The notes under the pieces were generated by a model, which was not told the origin of the DNA, did not search any database, and was given only the letters and a program-made list of their open reading frames with translations. Source: Alphaproteobacteria bacterium (GTDB lineage: Bacteria; Pseudomonadota; Alphaproteobacteria; UBA828). From it: DNA of 64,000 nt. The first letter of the stretch is position 1. Every line of letters starts with the position of its first letter. Below are positions 31,119 through 41,270 of the stretch, piece after piece. The stretch lies in NCBI GenBank assembly GCA_965214705.1, contig CBDCCI010000002.1:2272001-2336000 (forward strand), given 5' to 3'. The position numbers and the translations under genes were made by a program.

Positions 31119-31978
31119 GCGGCGGTTCGCCGCTCCGTCGCCGGTCCGACCTCCTCGTCCCTCCCGCATGCCGCGCGCTCATCGACCACGGGGCGCTCGT
31201 TGCCGTCAATCACTCGGGCGGCAAGGACAGTCAGGCGATGACGATCCTGCTCTCGCGCATCGTTCCACGCGAGCAGCTCCTGTTCGTTCATGCACCGCTC
31301 GGCGAGGTCGAGTGGCCCGGGACCATCGAGCACATCGAGCGCACGATTCCGCCGGACCTGCCCCTCGTCCTGGCCCCGGTCGCGTCGGGCAAGACCCTGC
31401 TCGACCGCATCGAGGAGCGGCGCATGTTCCCGTCGAGCTCAGCGCGCTGGTGCACCTCGGATTTCAAGAGATCGCCTATCGAGCGCGAGCTGCGCCGGTA
31501 TCTGAAGGGCCATCCGCGGTTCGGTGGCCGCATCGTCAACGCGATGGGGATGCGCGCCTCGGAGAGCCTCGCGCGTTCGAGGCTCGTGCCCTGGCGGCGC
31601 AGCGACCGCAACAGCCGGGCGGGCCGCGAGTGGTACGACTGGCTTCCCGTCCACGGCCTGGAGAGGGCGGAGGTGTTCCGCATCATCCGCGACGCCGGCC
31701 AGTCGCCGCACTGGGCCTACGCCGCGGGCATGTCGCGGCTCAGTTGCAGCTTCTGCATCCTCGCCTCGCGCGCCGACCTTTGCCGGGCGGCGGAGCTGAG
31801 GTCCGGACTGTACCGCCAGTACGTCGACCTGGAGCGTCGCATCGGCCACACGCTCTCGCCGACGCGGGTGCCCCTGCCGCAGTTGACCGGCATTCCGGTC
31901 GAGCCCGCTCCCGCCGCGTCCCGCCCCTGCGAGCGCTTTCGCCTCGGCCACCGCGCCACGCCTTCCGCCCGCCCGTAG
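31115..31978 (+). CDS. PAPS reductase-family (PP-loop) protein
   Basis: HSGGKDS PP-loop, RWCTSDFK, GMRASES..R, RLSCSFC. Confidence 0.9.
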   Translation: MSGGSPLRRRSDLLVPPACRALIDHGALVAVNHSGGKDSQAMTILLSRIVPREQLLFVHAPLGEVEWPGTIEHIERTIPPDLPLVLAPVASGKTLLDRIEERRMFPSSSARWCTSDFKRSPIERELRRYLKGHPRFGGRIVNAMGMRASESLARSRLVPWRRSDRNSRAGREWYDWLPVHGLERAEVFRIIRDAGQSPHWAYAAGMSRLSCSFCILASRADLCRAAELRSGLYRQYVDLERRIGHTLSPTRVPLPQLTGIPVEPAPAASRPCERFRLGHRATPSARP

Positions 31979-32144
31979 AGGGCCGGTCCCGGCCCTCCAG
32001 GCCTCCCGCCCCGTTCGCGTTTCGTCTCCCACGCGTCCTTGGCGCCCGCCTCCAGGAGCCGGAGTGCGGCCCGTGAGGGGCGAGGCCGGTGGCGTGGGGG
32101 AGGGAATCCCCGTCCTCGGCCGAGCGTCCGAACGGGAGCAACCG

Positions 32145-32720
32145 ATGCGCATCTACGCACGAGCCGAGGTCTGCGGCTTTCGCTATTCCAACGCCGAGTG
32201 GGGCGAGCTCAGCAACTTCTTCCCCCTGGCCGTCCCAATCGCCGCCGGCCCCTGGACGTTCGCCACGTCCGAGGGGCTGTACCAGGCCGCGAAGTTCGCG
32301 GCGCACCCCGACGTCCAGCGGCGCATCGCCGAGGCGCCGACTCCGAAGGCGGCGGCGGCCATCGGCCGCACCCCCGGTCTCGGCATCGACCCCGGCTGGA
32401 ACGCGCAGCGCGTCGACGTCATGCGCTGGGTGCTGCGGATGAAGCGCGAGGCGAACCGGGTCGCGATCGACGCGGTGCTGGCCTCGACCGGCGACCGCCC
32501 CATCGTCGAGGTCTCGACCCGCGATCCGTGGTGGGGCGCGCGGCCCGTGGCCGAGCGCTACGAGGGCCGCAACGTCCTCGGGCGGCTGTGGATGGAGCTC
32601 CGCCAGCACCTTCGTGACGACGATCCGACCGCCCGCTCCGTCGCCTGGCTCGACCGTATCCAGGTCGGCTGCCTCGCAGGCCCCGCCATCGTTCCGGATG
32701 CCGCCCGCGAGGCCGCCTGA
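32145..32720 (+). CDS. NADAR family protein
   Basis: LSNFF, TSEGLYQAAKF, IVEVSTRDPWWG, GRNVLGRLWMELR. Confidence 0.9.
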   Translation: MRIYARAEVCGFRYSNAEWGELSNFFPLAVPIAAGPWTFATSEGLYQAAKFAAHPDVQRRIAEAPTPKAAAAIGRTPGLGIDPGWNAQRVDVMRWVLRMKREANRVAIDAVLASTGDRPIVEVSTRDPWWGARPVAERYEGRNVLGRLWMELRQHLRDDDPTARSVAWLDRIQVGCLAGPAIVPDAAREAA

Positions 32721-32859
32721 GCGCGGCATCCCCGCCTGACCGTGCCGTTCCATCCGTCCTTCCCGCGCCGGCAGGAGCCGGAGGGGCGCTCGGGCTGGGG
32801 CGAGGCCCGGGCGCCCCGGAGGGTGCCCGCGCCGTCCTCCCGCCATTCGGAGCACCCCC

Positions 32860-33636
32860 ATGACCCAGCCCGCCACCATCGCCCCCGCCACCATCGCCGC
32901 GGACTACACGCTGCGCCCGAGCGAGCTCGCGGACACCCTCACGCTGCTCGTCGAGGCGCGCCAGCCCTGCATCGTGTGGGGCCCGCCCGGCTGCGCCAAG
33001 AGCGACATCGCCCGCCAGGTCGCCGCGGCGCTGGGGCGCCTCTACATCGACGTGCGCGCGCTTCTGCTCGACCCCGTGGACTTGCGCGGCATCCCGTGGC
33101 GCTCGATGAACGTGCTGGAGCGCATGCTGGCCGAGGTCATCGTCCAGGAGTGCCGCGACGAGGGCATCGCCACCGACGTGCCCGCCATCGTCCAGCGCTA
33201 CCAGGCGGTCGCCGAGCTCCTCGACCAGCGCACCCGCTGGGCGCCCCCGTCGTTCCTGCCCCCCTCGCACTCGGGCGAGCAGTTCCTCATCAACCTCGAG
33301 GAGCTCCCGTCCGCGGTCCCGATGGTCCAGGCGGCGCTGTACCAGCTCGTGCTCGACCGCCGGGTCGGCGAGTACGCGCTACCCGAGGGCGCGGCGCTCA
33401 TTGCCTGCGGCAACCGCGAGACCGACCGCGGCGTCGTGCACCGCATGCCGACCCCGCTCGCCTCGCGCTTCGTGCACCTCGAGGTCCGCGTCGATGCGAA
33501 GGACTGGTGCGCCTGGGGCGCGGCGAACGGCATCGCCCCGGAGGTGCTGTTCTTCATCGAGCTCGAGCCGACGCTGCTCCACCACTTCGACCCGCAGTCG
33601 AACGAGAAGGCGTTTCCGTGCCCGCGCACCTGGGAG
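32860..33636 (+). pseudogene. MoxR-like AAA+ ATPase, 3'-truncated
   Basis: [24 protein letters not shown]; breaks at FPCPRTWE where foreign sequence begins. Confidence 0.85.
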
Positions 33637-33662
33637 CTATGTTGAGCTCAACATAGCTCCCA
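33631..33662. repeat. Perfect 32-bp palindrome at insertion junction
   Basis: TGGGAGCTATGTTGAG|CTCAACATAGCTCCCA. Confidence 0.95.
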
Positions 33663-35905
33663 TTGAACTGAGCCGCGTTCCGCGGCGGGGCGCCTCGGCC
33701 GCCGGGTGCCCAGAGTGATCTCCTTGCCGCGCGTAAGTTGAGTGTGGCCGTTCGCTCCAGCGTCTGGGCGCAGGGTCGAATCCTGTTTCTCCCTCGTTGA
33801 TCGATGGTCGTCGACCGCCAAGCCGGCGAGCAAGAGCATGGGCGTGTCTTCGTGACAGACCAAACCCAGAGGGAGACGCCCCATGACGGCACTTCGCCAG
33901 CGCATGATCAACGACATGACGGTTCGCGGCTTCGCCGAGAACACCAGGAAGTCCTACCTCAACTCGGTCTCCGGGCTCGCGGTTTACTACGGTCGCAGCC
34001 CCGAGCACATCTCAGCGGAGGAAGTCCAGGAGTACCTCATCTTTCTTCACGAAGAGCGGGGGCTGGCTTGGCAGAGCTGCAACAGCGCTCGCCAAGGGAT
34101 CCGCTTCCTCTATCGCATCACGCTGGGCTTGCCCGAGCCGCACTTCTATCTGCCCTTCGCCAAGACGCCTTCCACCCTGCCCGTACTGCTCAACCAAGAC
34201 GAACTGGTGCGGCTGTTCAGCGTCACCATCAACCGCAAGCACCGCGCCTTGCTGATGACGGCCTATGCAGCGGGGCTTCGGGCGAGCGAGCTCGGCCGGT
34301 TGCAGATCAGCGATATCGACTCACAGCGGATGTGCCTGCGCGTCGATCAGGGCAAGGGCAACAAGGACCGCTACGTCCCGCTCTCGCCCCGGCTGCTCGA
34401 CGAGCTGCGCGAGTACTGGCAGCGGGTACGGCCCGAGCACTGGCTGTTCCCCGGTCGGATTCCCGGCCGGCCGATGACGCGCCATGGGCCAGCACACGTT
34501 TACGATCGAGCCAAGGACAAAGCCGGGATCGCCAAGCCCGGCGGGATCCACACGCTGCGCCATTGCTACGCCACCGGGCTCCTCGAGGCCGGCGTCGAGC
34601 TGCATGTCATCCAACGCCGCCTCGGGCACACCTCAATCCGCTCGACCATGCGCTACCTTCACCTTGCTCACGACAAGACGTCCGCCACGCCGTCGCCCCT
34701 GGACCTGCTGGAGTTTCCGCGTCCTGCCCAGGCCTGACCGGTGGCTCATGTCGGCCACGCGGCGCCAGCCACACGGCCGGCGCTGGAGGTCGCGGACATC
34801 CTGCGCGAGCGCGGCGACGCCTATGGCGAGACACATCTGCTCTCGGCCCAGCAGCAGAGGGTCGTCGACGCGCTGGTGAACTGCCGCACCGCTGTGCTCG
34901 GCGGGTTCAAGGCAGAATGCGATCACTGCGGGGCGGTGACGATCCAGTACGCCTCGTGCCGGAACCGTCATTGCCCCAAGTGCCAGACCCTCTCGCAGAC
35001 CAGGTGGGTTGAGCGTCAGTGCGCCGATCTGCTCGACATCGACTACTGGCATGTCGTGTTCACCCTGCCCCACGAGCTCAACCCCGTGGCCCAGGGCAAT
35101 GCCGCGCTCATCTACAGGCTGCTCTTCAAGGCCGCCTCCCAGACCCTGCTCGAGTTCGGCCGCAATCCCCGCTGGCTCGGCGGCGAGCTCGGCATCACCA
35201 TGGTGCTGCACACTTGGGGGCAGAATCTGGGACAGCACATCCATGTCCACTGTATCGTCACCGACGGCGGTCTGAGCCCGGACAGAGAGCGCTGGCTCAC
35301 TCCCGCGCGCAAGGGCTTCCTGTTCCCCACGGTCGCGCTCTCGAAGGTCTTCCGCGGCAAGTATCTCGACTTCCTCGGCGCCGCGCACCGCGACGGCGAA
35401 CTCCGGCTCAAGGTCGTCGGCGGTGGTGACGACAGCCGCGAGTTCGAGTGTCTGAAGACCGCGCTGCGGTCGAACGACTGGGTGGTCTACACCAAGGCCC
35501 CGTTCGCCGGCGCCGGGCACGTTCTGGCCTATCTCGGGCGCTACACCCACAAGGCTGCCATCGCCAATCATCGCCTCGTCGACTTCGACGGCGAGCACGT
35601 TCGCTTCCGTTGGCGCGACTACGCTGACGGCAACAAGGTCAAGGTGATGCGTCTCGACGTCGACGAGTTCATCCGCCGCTTCCTCCTGCACGTCCTCCCG
35701 CGCGGCTTCACCCGCCTGCGCCACTACGGCTTGCTCGCCAATCGCTGCCGGGCTCGCAAGCTCGCCCGCTGCCGAGACCTGCTCGGCCAGCCTGCCCCTG
35801 AACCGCGGGAGCCGGAAACGACGCAGCAGATGATGCTGCGACTGACGGGGATCGACATCACCGTGTGCCGCCAGTGCGGCGAGGCAACGCTGCGGCAAAC
35901 CGTCA
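33663..35905 (+). mobile_element. Recombinase + IS91-like (Y2) transposase unit 1; right end missing
   Basis: Begins TTGAACTGAGCCGC, similar to the unit 2 ends; cut by unit 2 near the transposase C-terminus. Confidence 0.75.
33883..34737 (+). CDS. Tyrosine recombinase associated with IS91-like transposase
   Basis: MTALRQRMINDM, YAAGLRASE, GKGNKDR, HTLRH, LGH...TMRY. Confidence 0.92.
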   Translation: MTALRQRMINDMTVRGFAENTRKSYLNSVSGLAVYYGRSPEHISAEEVQEYLIFLHEERGLAWQSCNSARQGIRFLYRITLGLPEPHFYLPFAKTPSTLPVLLNQDELVRLFSVTINRKHRALLMTAYAAGLRASELGRLQISDIDSQRMCLRVDQGKGNKDRYVPLSPRLLDELREYWQRVRPEHWLFPGRIPGRPMTRHGPAHVYDRAKDKAGIAKPGGIHTLRHCYATGLLEAGVELHVIQRRLGHTSIRSTMRYLHLAHDKTSATPSPLDLLEFPRPAQA

Positions 35906-35940
35906 TTGAACGAAGCCGCTACGCGGAGTTAGCGGCGTAG
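34741..35940 (+). CDS. IS91-family transposase (Zn-binding + Y2 HUH); C-terminus probably replaced
   Basis: SCRNRHCPKCQ, HVVFTLP, LHTWG...HIHVH, YLGRY, RHYGLLAN. Confidence 0.9.
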   Translation: MAHVGHAAPATRPALEVADILRERGDAYGETHLLSAQQQRVVDALVNCRTAVLGGFKAECDHCGAVTIQYASCRNRHCPKCQTLSQTRWVERQCADLLDIDYWHVVFTLPHELNPVAQGNAALIYRLLFKAASQTLLEFGRNPRWLGGELGITMVLHTWGQNLGQHIHVHCIVTDGGLSPDRERWLTPARKGFLFPTVALSKVFRGKYLDFLGAAHRDGELRLKVVGGGDDSREFECLKTALRSNDWVVYTKAPFAGAGHVLAYLGRYTHKAAIANHRLVDFDGEHVRFRWRDYADGNKVKVMRLDVDEFIRRFLLHVLPRGFTRLRHYGLLANRCRARKLARCRDLLGQPAPEPREPETTQQMMLRLTGIDITVCRQCGEATLRQTVIERSRYAELAA

Positions 35941-36136
35941 AGTTCATTCATTTCCGAGGCGTCGCGGGTGCCGTTTGTTCTGTGCGTTCGCTTCCCGGTT
36001 GCGTCAGTGGCGCTCCGCCCGTCGGGTGGCGGATCCCCAGCAGCCTCCCGATCACCAGTGGTTAGCATCGACCCCTGCGACGGACCGTCGCCGGATCGGT
36101 CCGGCGGCGCGCCGTCGCGATCCAGGGAGATCGATA

Positions 36137-37015
36137 ATGACCGGGACCGCGTGCGACACGAACACCGTCACCCCTCTTCGCCAGCGCATGGAGGAGCAGC
36201 TCCGCATCGCCAATCTGGCCGCGAGCACGTCCAAGGCCTACATCTGCGAGATCAAGAACCTGGCCAGGTACTACGACGCCTCGCCGGACGAGCTCGACGC
36301 CGAGCAGGTGCGCCAGTGGTACCTGGGGCGGATCGACAAGGGGCTCAGTCCGGGCACGACCAACGTCTCCTTCGCCGCGCTGAACTTCCTCTACATCGAC
36401 ACACTCGGCTGGCCTGACCATGTCGCCGGCCTGCGCTCCCGCAAGAAGCCCGGCAAGCTGCCGCGCTACATGTCGGAGCAGGAGGTCGAGCACCTCATCC
36501 TTGCGACACCCGACCTCCGCCACCGTGCTGCCATTGTCACCGGCTATGGCGGCGGGCTCCGCATCTCCGAGACCTTGGCCATCAAGGTCGGCGACATCCT
36601 GTCGGAGAAGAAGCTGCTGCACATCCCCTCCGGCAAAGGCGGCACCGAGAGAATGGCACCGTTGCCGGACATCGTCATCCACTACTTGCGCGTCTACTAC
36701 AGGAACATCTGGCCGCGTCCGACGAACTGGCTCTTCTACGGCGTCTCGCTCGACAGGCCCATCGCAACGGAGACCTTGCAGGCCGCCTTCAGGAGGGCGC
36801 GCGACATTGCCGAGCTCGACCGCAGCTACACCTTCCATTGCCTGCGCCATTCGGCGGCGACCCATCTCCTCGAGCGCGGCGGCGATATCGAGGTGATCCG
36901 GGACATGCTCGGCCATCGAAGCGCGAACACGACCCGTCACTACGCCCGCGTCACCGGCAAGATGTTCGAGGGCCTCGACCACCCGATCTCAGGCTTCGCA
37001 GCGTTGCGCAACTGA
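36137..37015 (+). CDS. Tyrosine recombinase of unit 2
   Basis: TPLRQRM, YGGGLRISE, GKGGTER, HCLRH, LGH...TRHY. Confidence 0.9.
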   Translation: MTGTACDTNTVTPLRQRMEEQLRIANLAASTSKAYICEIKNLARYYDASPDELDAEQVRQWYLGRIDKGLSPGTTNVSFAALNFLYIDTLGWPDHVAGLRSRKKPGKLPRYMSEQEVEHLILATPDLRHRAAIVTGYGGGLRISETLAIKVGDILSEKKLLHIPSGKGGTERMAPLPDIVIHYLRVYYRNIWPRPTNWLFYGVSLDRPIATETLQAAFRRARDIAELDRSYTFHCLRHSAATHLLERGGDIEVIRDMLGHRSANTTRHYARVTGKMFEGLDHPISGFAALRN

Positions 37016-37021
37016 CGGCGC

Positions 37022-38262
37022 GTGGAGGCCGAACGCGCGGGCGTGGCGGAGATCTTCCGCCGCGCCGGCGCCGCTTTCCGTGAGCGCCACAAGGGCGCAT
37101 CGACGCCGCCCGGCTCAAGGTCATGGGCGCCATCGAGGCGTGCCGCACCGCCGTGCTCGGCGGCCACATGTACGCCTGCGAGGGCTGCGGGCGCGAGCAT
37201 CCGCTCTTCAACTCCTGCCGCAACCGCCACTGCCCCACCTGCCAGGGTCTCGCCGCCAACCTCTGGAGCGAGGAGCGCGCCGGGGACATCCTGCCGGTGC
37301 CCTACTTCCATGTGGTCTTCACCCTGCCCAAGGAGGTTGCCGCCATTGCCTTCTGCAACCGCAGGGTGGTGTTCGACATCCTCTTCCGGGCCGTCGCCGA
37401 GACCCTGCGCACCATCGCCGCCGATCCCCGCCACGGCGGCATGCGCATCGGCGGCACCGCGGTCCTCCATACCTGGGATCAGAAGCTCCGCTTCCACCCG
37501 CACCTGCACGTGGTCGTGCCCAACGCGGGCTTCGACGTAGACAGTGGCGAGTGGAAGACGGGGAGCACCACCTTCCTCGCCCCCGTCAAGGTCCTCGGCA
37601 GCCTGTTCCGCCGCCTCTTCCTCGAGGAGCTCGCCCGCGCCCACGGCCGGGGGGACCTGGAGTTCCACGGCACCGTCGCCCACCTCGCCAATCCCGGCGA
37701 GTTCCACGCCACGCTTGCCGCCGCCCGGGCCAGGGACTGGGTGGTCTACGCCAAGCGGCCCTTCCGCGGGCCTGAGCAGGTCTTCCGGTACCTCTCGCAC
37801 TACACGCACAGGATCGCCATCTCCGACAGCCGCATCGTCTCCTTCGACGGCGAGACGGTCTCCTTCCGCCACCGAAAGCCCAAGGCGCCGGGGCAGAGAA
37901 AGCCGCGCTACGGCATCGCCACCGTGAGCGCCGACGAGTTCATCCGCCGCTTCCTGAGGCACGTCCTGCCGGACGGCCTGCACCGCATTCGCTACTTCGG
38001 CATCCTCGCCAACGGCTGCCGCGCCAGCACGCTGGAGAGAGCACGCCAGGCTCTCGGCGCCCTCGGCTGCGCCGCCCCCGAGGGAAGCGTGGACGGCGCT
38101 CGGGCCGAGCCCGACGAAGAGCCCGAGATCGGCACCGCGCCCGTGGCCTGCCCCCACTGCGGCGGCGTCATGCGCCTCGTCCGCGAAATCCGCCGCCGCC
38201 ATGAGCCCCGCTCGACGCGCGGCCCGCCGGCGCTGCCGCCGACCCACAGGGGGAAACCGTGA
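37022..38262 (+). pseudogene. IS91-family transposase with a frameshift near the 5' end
   Basis: N-terminus VAEIFRRAG is in the 37022 frame while the body (CRNRHCPTC, HPHLH, YLSHY) is in the 37123 frame; shift near 37095. Confidence 0.85.
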
Positions 38263-38524
38263 GACGCCCGCTCGCTTCGGCCCCGCGCAACGGCGCCAAA
38301 GCGCCGACGCACGACCGAACCTGTCTCCGCTTGAGCCGGGCTGACAGCCCTCGGCTCACACCCCGCTCAGTCCTCGCAGCGTGCGCCCGCATGCCTGCCG
38401 AAAGACCGGCGCGAGCGTCGATTTTATGCGCAACTCTGCTGCCGGTGGATGCCGCCTGACGCTGACATCAGCGCACTTTCCACATAGCTCAACTTCGCCT
38501 CTCGTGGCCCGCGGCTTCGTTCAA

Positions 38525-38566
38525 AAGGGTTGGGCAGGCTCTCGAGAGAGAGCCTGCCCAACCCTT
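38525..38566. repeat. 19-bp perfect stem with 4-nt loop abutting the unit 2 right end
   Basis: AAGGGTTGGGCAGGCTCTC-GAGA-GAGAGCCTGCCCAACCCTT. Confidence 0.93.
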
Positions 38567-38574
38567 AACCTTGG

Positions 38575-39104
38575 ACGGCGCGGGCCTACGATTCGGGGAG
38601 GCGACTCGCCTCTCCCTTGCCGACGTCGATCTGGCGAACGCCGTCCTGACCATCCGGGCCACCAAGTTCTACAAGAGCCGGCTGGTCCCGGTCGGCCCTC
38701 AGCTTGCAGCGCTTCTGGGAAGCCACGTGACCCTGCGCCAGCGCGCCGGACTGGTGGAAGGCCGGGACGCGTTGCTCCTGGCGAACCGGGACGGGACGCG
38801 GCTCGCCAGTAGCACGGTGCTGGCCGCGTTCGACACGCTGAGGCGCCTCGCCGGGGTCCACCGTCCCGCGGCGGGGCGGACGATCCCGCGGCTGCACGAT
38901 CTGCGGCACAGCTTCGCCGTCCACCGCCTGACGAGCTGGTATCGGCAAGGCGCTGATGTGCAACGGCTGCTGCCGGTGCTCTCCACCTATCTCGGTCACG
39001 CCGATCTGGAGGGCACGAAGATCTATCTGTCGATGACGCCGGAGCTCCTGGAAGAGGCGTCGCTACGGTTCGCCCGCTATGCGGCGGGAGGTCGGCATGC
39101 CTGA
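38575..39104 (+). pseudogene. RIT element recombinase B (RitB-like), 5'-truncated
   Basis: GAGLRFGEA, TKFYKSRLVP, PRLHDLRHSFAV, LPVLSTYLGH, Y..MTPELL. Confidence 0.85.
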
Positions 39105-40092
39105 GCCCGCAACCCTCGGCCCGTGGCTCCGCCGGTTCTTCACCGAGCACATCGTCACCGAACGCAATCTGGCCAGGAACACCCGCAAGAGCTACCGCGA
39201 CACCTTCCGCCTGTTGTTGCCCTTCGTCAGCCGAAAGGTGCGCAAGCCCGTAGACCGGCTCGCGGTATGGGACATCACATCCGGATGCGTGCGGGAGTTC
39301 CTCGCCCATGTCGAGACGGATCGAGGTTGCTCCGTCCGGACTCGCAATCAGCGACTGGCTGCGATCCAGGCCTTCGCGCGCTTCGTCGGCAGCCGCGACC
39401 CGGTCCATGTCGAATGGTGCGGTCATATCCGGGCGATCGCGTCGAAGAGATCGGTGCCGCCGCCGGTCGGATGGCTGACCCGGGCGGAGATGGAGGCGAT
39501 GCTGGCGACGCCCGACCGCAAGACCCGGCGGGGCCGGAGCGAGTACGCGCTTATGCTCTTCCTGTACAACACCGGCGCAAGAGTGTCCGAGGCCATCCAG
39601 CTGAGGGTATGCGATCTGCAGATCGGAACGCGGAAAGGCGGGCACGATCTCGCCACCTTGCACGGCAAGGGCGGCAAGACGCGCCAGTGCCCGCTATGGC
39701 CGGAAACCGAGCGCGTACTCGCGGAGGAGATCAGCGATCGCGCAGGCGATGACGCGGTGTTCGTCAGCCGGCTCGGGACACCGTTCACCCGCTTCGGCGT
39801 CTATCGGCTGATCGAGCGGTGTGCGGCCCAGGTCCCGGAACTGGCCGATCGGACGGTGACGCCGCACGTGATCCGGCACACCACGGCCTGCCACCTGGCC
39901 CTCGCCGATGTGGACATCAACACCATCCGTGCCTGGCTCGGACACGTCTCGATCAGCACGACCAACATCTATACCGAGATCGACCTGACGCTGAAGGCCA
40001 ACGCCGTCGCGATGTGCGAGGTGGGCCAGCCGCGACCCGCTCGGTCATGGAAGGAGGACAAGGACCTCATGGCCTTCCTGAAGGCGTTGTAA
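39097..40092 (+). CDS. RIT element recombinase C (RitC-like)
   Basis: NTRKSYRDTFRLLL, TRNQRLAAI, LYNTGARVSE, PHVIRHT, WLGHVSISTTNIY; overlaps the RitB-like gene. Confidence 0.9.
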   Translation: MPEPATLGPWLRRFFTEHIVTERNLARNTRKSYRDTFRLLLPFVSRKVRKPVDRLAVWDITSGCVREFLAHVETDRGCSVRTRNQRLAAIQAFARFVGSRDPVHVEWCGHIRAIASKRSVPPPVGWLTRAEMEAMLATPDRKTRRGRSEYALMLFLYNTGARVSEAIQLRVCDLQIGTRKGGHDLATLHGKGGKTRQCPLWPETERVLAEEISDRAGDDAVFVSRLGTPFTRFGVYRLIERCAAQVPELADRTVTPHVIRHTTACHLALADVDINTIRAWLGHVSISTTNIYTEIDLTLKANAVAMCEVGQPRPARSWKEDKDLMAFLKAL

Positions 40093-40116
40093 GCGGCGAC
40101 GGGGCACCGGCCTCGG

Positions 40117-41163
40117 TCACCCCGTCCCAACTGTCCGCCGGCGCATGAAGCGAACCGCGTCCTCGGGGGCGAGTTGGATGCGCACAAATGCGCGGACGGC
40201 GCCCAAGTCGAACGCTTGCAGATCCTCGTTGAGGTCGCCGAGGCGCGGAGCGAGGGCTAGCGCTTCGATGCCGGCCGCTTCGGCTCGTTCGGTGAGCACC
40301 GCGACCGCCGTATCGCCTGCGGGATCGTTGTCTCGCGCGATGTAGAGCCGTCGCAGACCGGCAGCCAGTTCGAGGGCGGCGAGGTGGTTCGCCGAGAGCG
40401 CCGCCGCCATGGGCATGGCGGGCAGCGCGCATCGCAGCGACAGCATCGTCTCGATGCCTTCGCCGGCGGCGAGGACGTTGCCGGCCGCACCGAACCGGAC
40501 GGCATGGCCGAGAAGGTCGCCCATCGCGCGTCGCGGCGTATCGATCGGCGCCTTGCCCAACCCGTCCGGGGCGATCCAGGTGCGATGCACGCCGGTGATC
40601 GCGCCCGAGAGGTCGGTGACGGCGGCGATCATCGCCGGCCAGGTCTCGGTCGGCGCATGCCCATCCGGGCGATACCAGCAGCGCGGATGGAAGCGGAGCG
40701 CTTCGCAGCTCGTCAGATGTACGATCCCGCGGTTGCGCAGGTACGCCTCGGCCAGCGTGCCGGCGATCGGTCTGGCGATCGCCCAGAGCCTGCGCGCAGC
40801 TTCGGCCGAGCCCCTCGGGGCGGGCGCTCTTGACGCGACCGGCGGTTCGGCCCGGGGCAGCGACAGGAAGCGCCGCGCCTCCTCGGCGACCTCGCGGAAC
40901 TCCGTGAGCCCGCAGCTCTCGCGGATCACGTCGAGCAGGTCGCCGTGCTCGGCCGAGGCCGCATCGCTCCAGCGCCCGGCGGCCCCAGGGCCGGCCTCCG
41001 GCCCGCTCAGCCGCACGTACATCGACCGGCCGGGCGTGTTGCGCACGTCGCCCACCATCCAGTAGCGGCCCTGACGCCGACCCTTCGACAGATAGTGGCG
41101 GCAGACCGCCTCGGCGTCGCGCGCGAGGCGCCGTGCCAGCTCGGAAGCGTCGCGCGGCATCAC
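40117..41163 (-). CDS. Toprim-domain primase-like protein (DUF7146/Toprim_3), full length
   Basis: AEAVCRHYL, HGDLLD, AEAYLRNRG, GVHRTW, GEGIET, RDND.AG. Confidence 0.9.
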   Translation of the reverse strand: MMPRDASELARRLARDAEAVCRHYLSKGRRQGRYWMVGDVRNTPGRSMYVRLSGPEAGPGAAGRWSDAASAEHGDLLDVIRESCGLTEFREVAEEARRFLSLPRAEPPVASRAPAPRGSAEAARRLWAIARPIAGTLAEAYLRNRGIVHLTSCEALRFHPRCWYRPDGHAPTETWPAMIAAVTDLSGAITGVHRTWIAPDGLGKAPIDTPRRAMGDLLGHAVRFGAAGNVLAAGEGIETMLSLRCALPAMPMAAALSANHLAALELAAGLRRLYIARDNDPAGDTAVAVLTERAEAAGIEALALAPRLGDLNEDLQAFDLGAVRAFVRIQLAPEDAVRFMRRRTVGTG

Positions 41164-41187
41164 GCGACCCTCCCCGCGGGACTGAGG

Positions 41188-41270
41188 TTATGTTGCCGAG
41201 AAACCGCAAAGCGCGTGCAGCTGCGCCGCCCAGCGCCGGGCCGCAACATAACCACCGGCGCAACATAATC
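41188..41270. repeat. RIT-type terminal repeat region
   Basis: TTATGTTGC followed by two inverted copies GCAACATAA 17 bp apart, ending exactly where the upstream primase gene breaks. Confidence 0.7.

Larger units (their letters stand above)
35906..38524 (+). mobile_element. Recombinase + IS91-like transposase unit 2 with 14-bp terminal inverted repeats
   Basis: TTGAACGAAGCCGC at 35906-35919 and GCGGCTTCGTTCAA at 38511-38524. Confidence 0.82.
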
